From contig JACPIM010000003.1 of NCBI GenBank assembly GCA_016188045.1, positions 181 to 64,180 on the forward strand: a stretch of 64,000 nt of DNA, written 5' to 3'. Source of the DNA: Candidatus Woesearchaeota archaeon (GTDB lineage: Archaea > Nanobdellota > Nanobdellia > SCGC-AAA011-G17 > JACPIM01). The notes under the pieces were generated by a model. It worked only from the letters and a program-made list of their open reading frames with translations, did no database searches and was not told the origin of the DNA. A program made the position numbers and the translations under genes. Shown here piece by piece: positions 59,801 through 64,000 of this stretch (within the stretch, counting starts at the first letter, position 1; each line of letters begins with the position of its first letter).

Positions 59801-62800
59801 TTTAAATATGATAATAAAGATCCTAATGCTGGATTCTATGATTCTTATACTTCACAAACTATTCAAAAAGGTGCAACTACACAACCTTCTACAAGACCAA
59901 GTACACAACCACCAACTATGACTGGAAAGCCCGGCAATAAAATTGATGGCGTTGATGATGGAGGATTTTATTATTATGAAAGAGATAAGAGTGGAAACAT
60001 TGAAAAGGATAAAACTACGGGGTTGCCTAAAAAAATACCTTTGAAAGAGGTTGGTGTATTGTACGATGATAAAGGAAACCAATATGAATATGACTATTTC
60101 AAGAAACAGATGGTTCCTGTTACGGGGATAAGTGGCAAGGATAGAAATCAAGTGCAAGTATTTACAGGAGGAGATGGTAAAAAAAGATTAATAATAACTA
60201 CTGATAGCTTGGAAGATACTTCAAGTTGTTTAAGATACTATAGTGGTTCAAGGGCTGTTGATTTAAGTCAGTATAAACAAAAGTATGGCGATAAAGGGTA
60301 TTATATGGTTTTTGAAGAAGGAGACACTTTACAGTTATGGCATAAAAGTGGGAATAATATAGACTTTAATAATTTACAATTGGGGCAAAATGAGTTAAGA
60401 GATCAAGTTGTTACAGAATATCCAAAGACAGGTACTGGTGCATTACAAAGCATTGTTTACAGAGGAGCCGAACAAAATTTAGGAGTAATAAGGGAAGCAC
60501 AGATAAGAGGACAGTCAAGAGCAATGTTTTGCGGTAAGCCCTATCAAATAAATGATAGAGGTAGATTAGATAAGACTAAAGCTAAATGTGAGGATATTTT
60601 AGGAGAGAGTAAATGTAAACTATTGTTTAATGCTTGTGATCCTGTTGTTTGTCCAAGAAGCAGATGCAATTTAGGCGGGCAATATTATGCAACTGGTCCT
60701 GGTGGCGTTATTGGTAGTGGTTTAGTTGGCAGTTTATTGTTATGTCTGCCCAATATTAAAGATGGAGTTATAGTTCCAATTTGTTTATCTGGAATTTTAG
60801 CTTCTTTGAAAGGAATAAGAAGTCATTTGCAAAGCTATGTAAAATGCTTGGAAGCTGCAAGAACAGGACAAGTTTCTGTTGGTGTTTGTGATAAGGTAAA
60901 AAGTATATTTATTTGTGAGTTTATATGGAAAGAAGGATTAATGCTTTTGAATGCTAAGGCCGGATTAATAAATTTAGCAGGCGCTCAAGCTGGTGGTGGA
61001 GGAGAGTACTTTACTCAAGGTGTTGGTGGCAGTATACAGGAAGCCAATGAAGTTGTTAGTTTTATTGTAAATGATTATGCTGATGATGTTTTAGCTGCTT
61101 ATAAAGGAAAAGGACTTCCAGAAATTGGAGCTGAAATTTGTAAAGCTTCAATTGCACAGAGAATTCCATTTATGGATGCTTTATTGGGAGATGCGGCTAC
61201 ACCTCCTGATCCACCACAATTTACTGCTCATTTTGAAGAAACCCCCTATGCTCCTACTTTAGGGAAGTCTAAGTATCAAGTTTATTTCCATATTTATGCA
61301 GGAACTCCACAGAGAGAACAAGGCTTAAACTGGATGGTTTACTTGAAGAGTTTTGGAAGTAGTCCTATATTAAGAGTTGGAGCTGGAAGTTTGCCTCCTG
61401 GTGAAAGTGCGGATGAGACTATTGATGTTATTGGTGATAAAGGCTATCAGCAAGTATGTGTTGTATTGAATGGAGTAGAGCAATGTGGGTTTGGAAAGAT
61501 TGTAAGCAGTGATATGTTTTTGAATACTTTAAATGATTATATAACTAGTCAGGAATTAGGTGCTAATATTGAGACTGCCGTGCAATGCAAAGCCGATCCA
61601 ACTTCTGTTGTTAGTACTGTTGGAAATAGAGGAATATTACCTGGTGGACCTAGTGTAAGAAGAGGATGTTTTGCAAGTAATCCTGGAATTGGAATAGGTC
61701 AGGAAAAATTCTGGAGAAAAATTGGTGGTTGTGGTAGTGATAAACAAGGAGTAAGCTTGGGTGATTGTTATGAATATGCTGATTGGCAAAGATATCCGGG
61801 AATTGAAAATCAAGTTTTGGACTTGAGTTGCGATGGAAACATATGTGAAGCGAATCAACAATGCAATGGTCAAAGGACATTTATAACTAGCCAAGGAAAG
61901 ATGTGTTGTGAAAGAGGAAGTTGTGTTGATAAGGCCTATGTTGGTGAGATTAATAGTTTAACTGGGTTGTCTGGGGGATTAAGTGATGGTGATAAAGCAG
62001 CATTGGATGAAACAATAAGAAGAGATTGGCAGGGGGGTGGCGTAACTCAAGTTGGTCAAGTAGGTAGCGTGGGTAGGTCCTTCTTTGTAAATAATCCTAA
62101 AGAGGATGAGGCCAGATTTTATGTCGCTACTAGGATTTGTAGTGGTGAAGTAGTTCCTAGTTATGTTAATACTATGGTGGTTAGAACTAGCGAGTGTTTA
62201 GATACTGTAAATAAAATAAGTCCTGCTGGTCCGTATTATGCTCCAGCACATTATATGTTGGCTACAATTTATGATGATAAAAAAGAAGGTAATCTAAAAA
62301 AAGCCAAAGAAGAATATGAAAACTCCATTAAACAAGGAGTTAATACTGAATTGATTAGGGATAAAGTTGAGATTATTAAAAAGAGAATTGATGAAATTAA
62401 GAATGAATTAGAGAAAAGGCCACAAGAAGAAAGGAAGAAAGCTGAGGATGAAGCAAGAAAAAATAATGCTAATTTAATCAATCAAGAAATAAATCTTTTA
62501 ATCATTCAATATTCTGGGTTTGATAGTGTTGTTAAAAACTTAAATAATGCCAAAACACAATTTACGGAGATTATATTAAATCAAGCTGAAGCTGCTCAAA
62601 TTAGCCCTAACTACAATAGTGCTGTGGAAAATGCAGTAAAGTTTATTAATGAAATAAAAATAGCAAATGATAATAAATATAACGAAATAATTGGTAATCT
62701 CGAAATAGTAAAATCATTAATAGAACAAAACAAGTATGAAGAGGCAGCAAAAGGAATTGATGAAATTAAAAATAAAGTGGGTAGTTTTTCTGATATTCGA

Positions 62801-63022
62801 ACAAAATTAGAGGAGGTAGCTAGAAATCTTCGTAGCACTATAGATAAAGAAAAGGGTAAAACCTTTGTAAATAATCTAATATCAAATGAGATGTTAAATA
62901 TGTTACAAATTCCTCTTCAAAATTTAGGTGGTAAAATATCAAGTTTAAAAGTTTCTTCTTCCCAACAACCTCAGAATCCGTTAATAGTGGCTGCTCCGTC
63001 TCATAATCGTATTGGTGCCTAA
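56855..63022 (+). CDS. Giant 2055-aa secreted/surface protein
   Basis: Signal peptide, Y/P/Q-rich N-terminus, coiled coil with hydrophobic segments, Cys-rich region, TPR-like helix. Confidence 0.8.
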   Translation: MNKIKLIGIFCIFLIVSLPIAFAQTISSGSNLPNIDPRNYAGGVNDPNYVRDYYSRYGSYPPGYSAASQPNIYAGQVNPYIDQNGNVLPQYSQVYYKDANGNIIDKSTGRPVYQAQVYPYSSYPYSGQIPSGQVQFNTGPSFIPSYMDRGGNLLPGYTRDSNTGEIRDQNGRIIATKDEADRIGASLRVGAGEINFNYIGPTNGSGLSLGTSTGNLLLNVNRYEPMVLTANLIEEQSVPVYAFLSGSIATAPGIAPKISYMDVNVIGGDVQYVAGKPRFNPPIAYTLEDLGYVETWLNRIPKETQVPNKIDLTLQARVQFEGDSTVPIFGGEERKILQENRKRDIFISGGFANQDLRIFGGRAYLRAKYISDNRASFDVYTGDGVYIGELSASPGQETYPISIVPGSNFIGDQLRVRVERIFGGNQDSVKFNNLKGKDYIFNRGQEIQVEKEVPGEDKRIKPTGWLVQDIFVPGSSTGPNFLNANQQNSGTSPSSSSGSGQPVAITVGGLVTLDNEKQLSDGSVIKDSTNNFYKRYGGQWYIIQDANSDVIDPDARRIIVFSNINQPTLVKVGGQPTIGPTSDLNIDNTRRPVVPSGMVVLEPSKQGSYGFLALRQGALLPSYGSANFIPSFGGVIPNVGTGYSSSSYGQGDELLLVYNSQLGASLNGQQLIDWYKGIILDQGVLDELKSCTSFNRLGSLGINDVAACRFVSQKILSNPNLGKNNDEIIRKITELVSTIKVDFDIGDLPSFVLEKGAGIKASLRVGGSVIPFAEGDKLPSSQTCNDANSKTNDYSCKVKTIQDDKVVITHYEPSTLGGNCVSVDETLYLNANTLGQRFDTYTNPLGGSFNIPPTPGVNYQTGTNKCGGYIELMEISSGRSVEVTVLAGPPRGYAEAVFNLHIPIEKRAINLSVDKLDEQINSTKKMIESLNKVIDKLEKFVSVWMKICLAISAWFTIEAFLVGLPKYNKDTSAGPQAGYSTEFKYDNKDPNAGFYDSYTSQTIQKGATTQPSTRPSTQPPTMTGKPGNKIDGVDDGGFYYYERDKSGNIEKDKTTGLPKKIPLKEVGVLYDDKGNQYEYDYFKKQMVPVTGISGKDRNQVQVFTGGDGKKRLIITTDSLEDTSSCLRYYSGSRAVDLSQYKQKYGDKGYYMVFEEGDTLQLWHKSGNNIDFNNLQLGQNELRDQVVTEYPKTGTGALQSIVYRGAEQNLGVIREAQIRGQSRAMFCGKPYQINDRGRLDKTKAKCEDILGESKCKLLFNACDPVVCPRSRCNLGGQYYATGPGGVIGSGLVGSLLLCLPNIKDGVIVPICLSGILASLKGIRSHLQSYVKCLEAARTGQVSVGVCDKVKSIFICEFIWKEGLMLLNAKAGLINLAGAQAGGGGEYFTQGVGGSIQEANEVVSFIVNDYADDVLAAYKGKGLPEIGAEICKASIAQRIPFMDALLGDAATPPDPPQFTAHFEETPYAPTLGKSKYQVYFHIYAGTPQREQGLNWMVYLKSFGSSPILRVGAGSLPPGESADETIDVIGDKGYQQVCVVLNGVEQCGFGKIVSSDMFLNTLNDYITSQELGANIETAVQCKADPTSVVSTVGNRGILPGGPSVRRGCFASNPGIGIGQEKFWRKIGGCGSDKQGVSLGDCYEYADWQRYPGIENQVLDLSCDGNICEANQQCNGQRTFITSQGKMCCERGSCVDKAYVGEINSLTGLSGGLSDGDKAALDETIRRDWQGGGVTQVGQVGSVGRSFFVNNPKEDEARFYVATRICSGEVVPSYVNTMVVRTSECLDTVNKISPAGPYYAPAHYMLATIYDDKKEGNLKKAKEEYENSIKQGVNTELIRDKVEIIKKRIDEIKNELEKRPQEERKKAEDEARKNNANLINQEINLLIIQYSGFDSVVKNLNNAKTQFTEIILNQAEAAQISPNYNSAVENAVKFINEIKIANDNKYNEIIGNLEIVKSLIEQNKYEEAAKGIDEIKNKVGSFSDIRTKLEEVARNLRSTIDKEKGKTFVNNLISNEMLNMLQIPLQNLGGKISSLKVSSSQQPQNPLIVAAPSHNRIGA

Positions 63023-63799
63023 ATGAAAAAATTAAGCAAAGAAACAATATTGAAAGTAATTGTATTGGATTTATTAATTATATTTTTATTTTATTATATT
63101 TCTAAATTTTTTATTGATAAATCAAGAGGAATTTTATATGCTATGCAAGATTTAGGGTATCAATTTGGCGATATAAACAGCGTTTTAGAAACAAATCAAT
63201 CTAATTTTAATCCTATGGTTTTACAAAATTCTTTAGAAATATTAAATTCATATTTCTCTAAATTATTTATTTATGTTATAGTTTTAGTGATAATCTTATT
63301 TTTAATATATGTAGTTATTAAAAGCTTAATGTGGAATTTGATTTGCAATGATAAACTAAAAAATTATAAAAAATACTTTTTTAAGTTTTTAGGGTTGGCT
63401 TTTATTGCTTCTTTGTTGATATTGCCTCTAAGTTATTTTATTTTAGTAAACAGCAGAGAGTTTTTATTGGAATTTATGTTTGGAGAAAATTTCTTATGGA
63501 GTCAATTTATGTATTCCATATTTTACTTTTTACTATTAACTTTTATATTATATTTATTAGCTACAGGCTATGTGTATACTAATAATCTAAGTTTTATAAA
63601 CAGCCTAAAAGAAATATTTTCGTTTAATAAATTTTGGTTATTTTTGGTGTTTTTAGCGATGTTTTTAGCTAGTTTTTTAATAATTAGAATTGGGAATTTA
63701 ATTAGCCAATCAATTTATAGTTCTTTTTTACGGTTTTTTTTAATTTTAATCGTTTTTATTTGGTATAGGATATATTTAGCTAAGAAATTAGCCCCTTAA
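63023..63799 (+). CDS. Polytopic membrane protein
   Basis: About 6 TM segments. Confidence 0.7.
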   Translation: MKKLSKETILKVIVLDLLIIFLFYYISKFFIDKSRGILYAMQDLGYQFGDINSVLETNQSNFNPMVLQNSLEILNSYFSKLFIYVIVLVIILFLIYVVIKSLMWNLICNDKLKNYKKYFFKFLGLAFIASLLILPLSYFILVNSREFLLEFMFGENFLWSQFMYSIFYFLLLTFILYLLATGYVYTNNLSFINSLKEIFSFNKFWLFLVFLAMFLASFLIIRIGNLISQSIYSSFLRFFLILIVFIWYRIYLAKKLAP

Positions 63800-63849
63800 G
63801 CTTTTCTTAGTAAGAAAACATTGGAAAAGAAATGTGCTGAGACCTAAAA

Positions 63850-64000
63850 TTAAATCTTGTTTTTAAAATAATCTATTGTTTTTATAAGCCCGTCCTTAAG
63901 TGAAATTTCAGGTTTCCAATCTAGTTTCTTTAAAGCAAGAGAAATATCTGGTTTTCTTTTTTCAGGATCGTCTATAGGAAGCTCTTTGAAAATAAGTTTG
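63850..64000 (-). CDS. NAD-dependent epimerase/dehydratase, C-terminus (partial)
   Basis: ELPIDDPEKRKPDISLA...LDWKPEISLKDGLIKTIDYF*. Confidence 0.85.
   Translation of the reverse strand, partial: KLIFKELPIDDPEKRKPDISLALKKLDWKPEISLKDGLIKTIDYFKNKI

Overview
AT-rich archaeal genomic window. The gene set (RadA, aEF-1beta, aIF-2alpha, L44e/S27e/S15/S3Ae, GINS, SRP54/FtsY, Bud32, many pilin-signal and lipoprotein surface proteins, many TA modules) points to a DPANN archaeon, probably Woesearchaeota-like (inference). Main observations: (1) a free-standing LAGLIDADG endonuclease sits between two diverged copies of the radA 3' end; (2) an integrated element (11,392 bp repeat-to-repeat) is bounded by a 139-bp direct repeat containing a complete two-intron tRNA-Arg(GCG), and encodes a tyrosine integrase, a P-loop replication-type ATPase, a candidate minimal histone fold, a three-gene module with a caspase/gingipain-like His-Cys protease, TA modules and a mucin-stalk/Kelch surface protein; (3) an EndoQ-family nuclease carries a 410-aa intein; (4) all five tRNA gene copies have BHB introns, several at non-canonical positions; (5) short dispersed repeats occur between genes and in frame inside two enzymes; (6) a [pilin-signal protein + large secreted protein] cassette occurs three times, once with a 2055-aa protein. 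No rRNA or CRISPR array was seen. Product calls come from motif recognition by eye; no database search was run.
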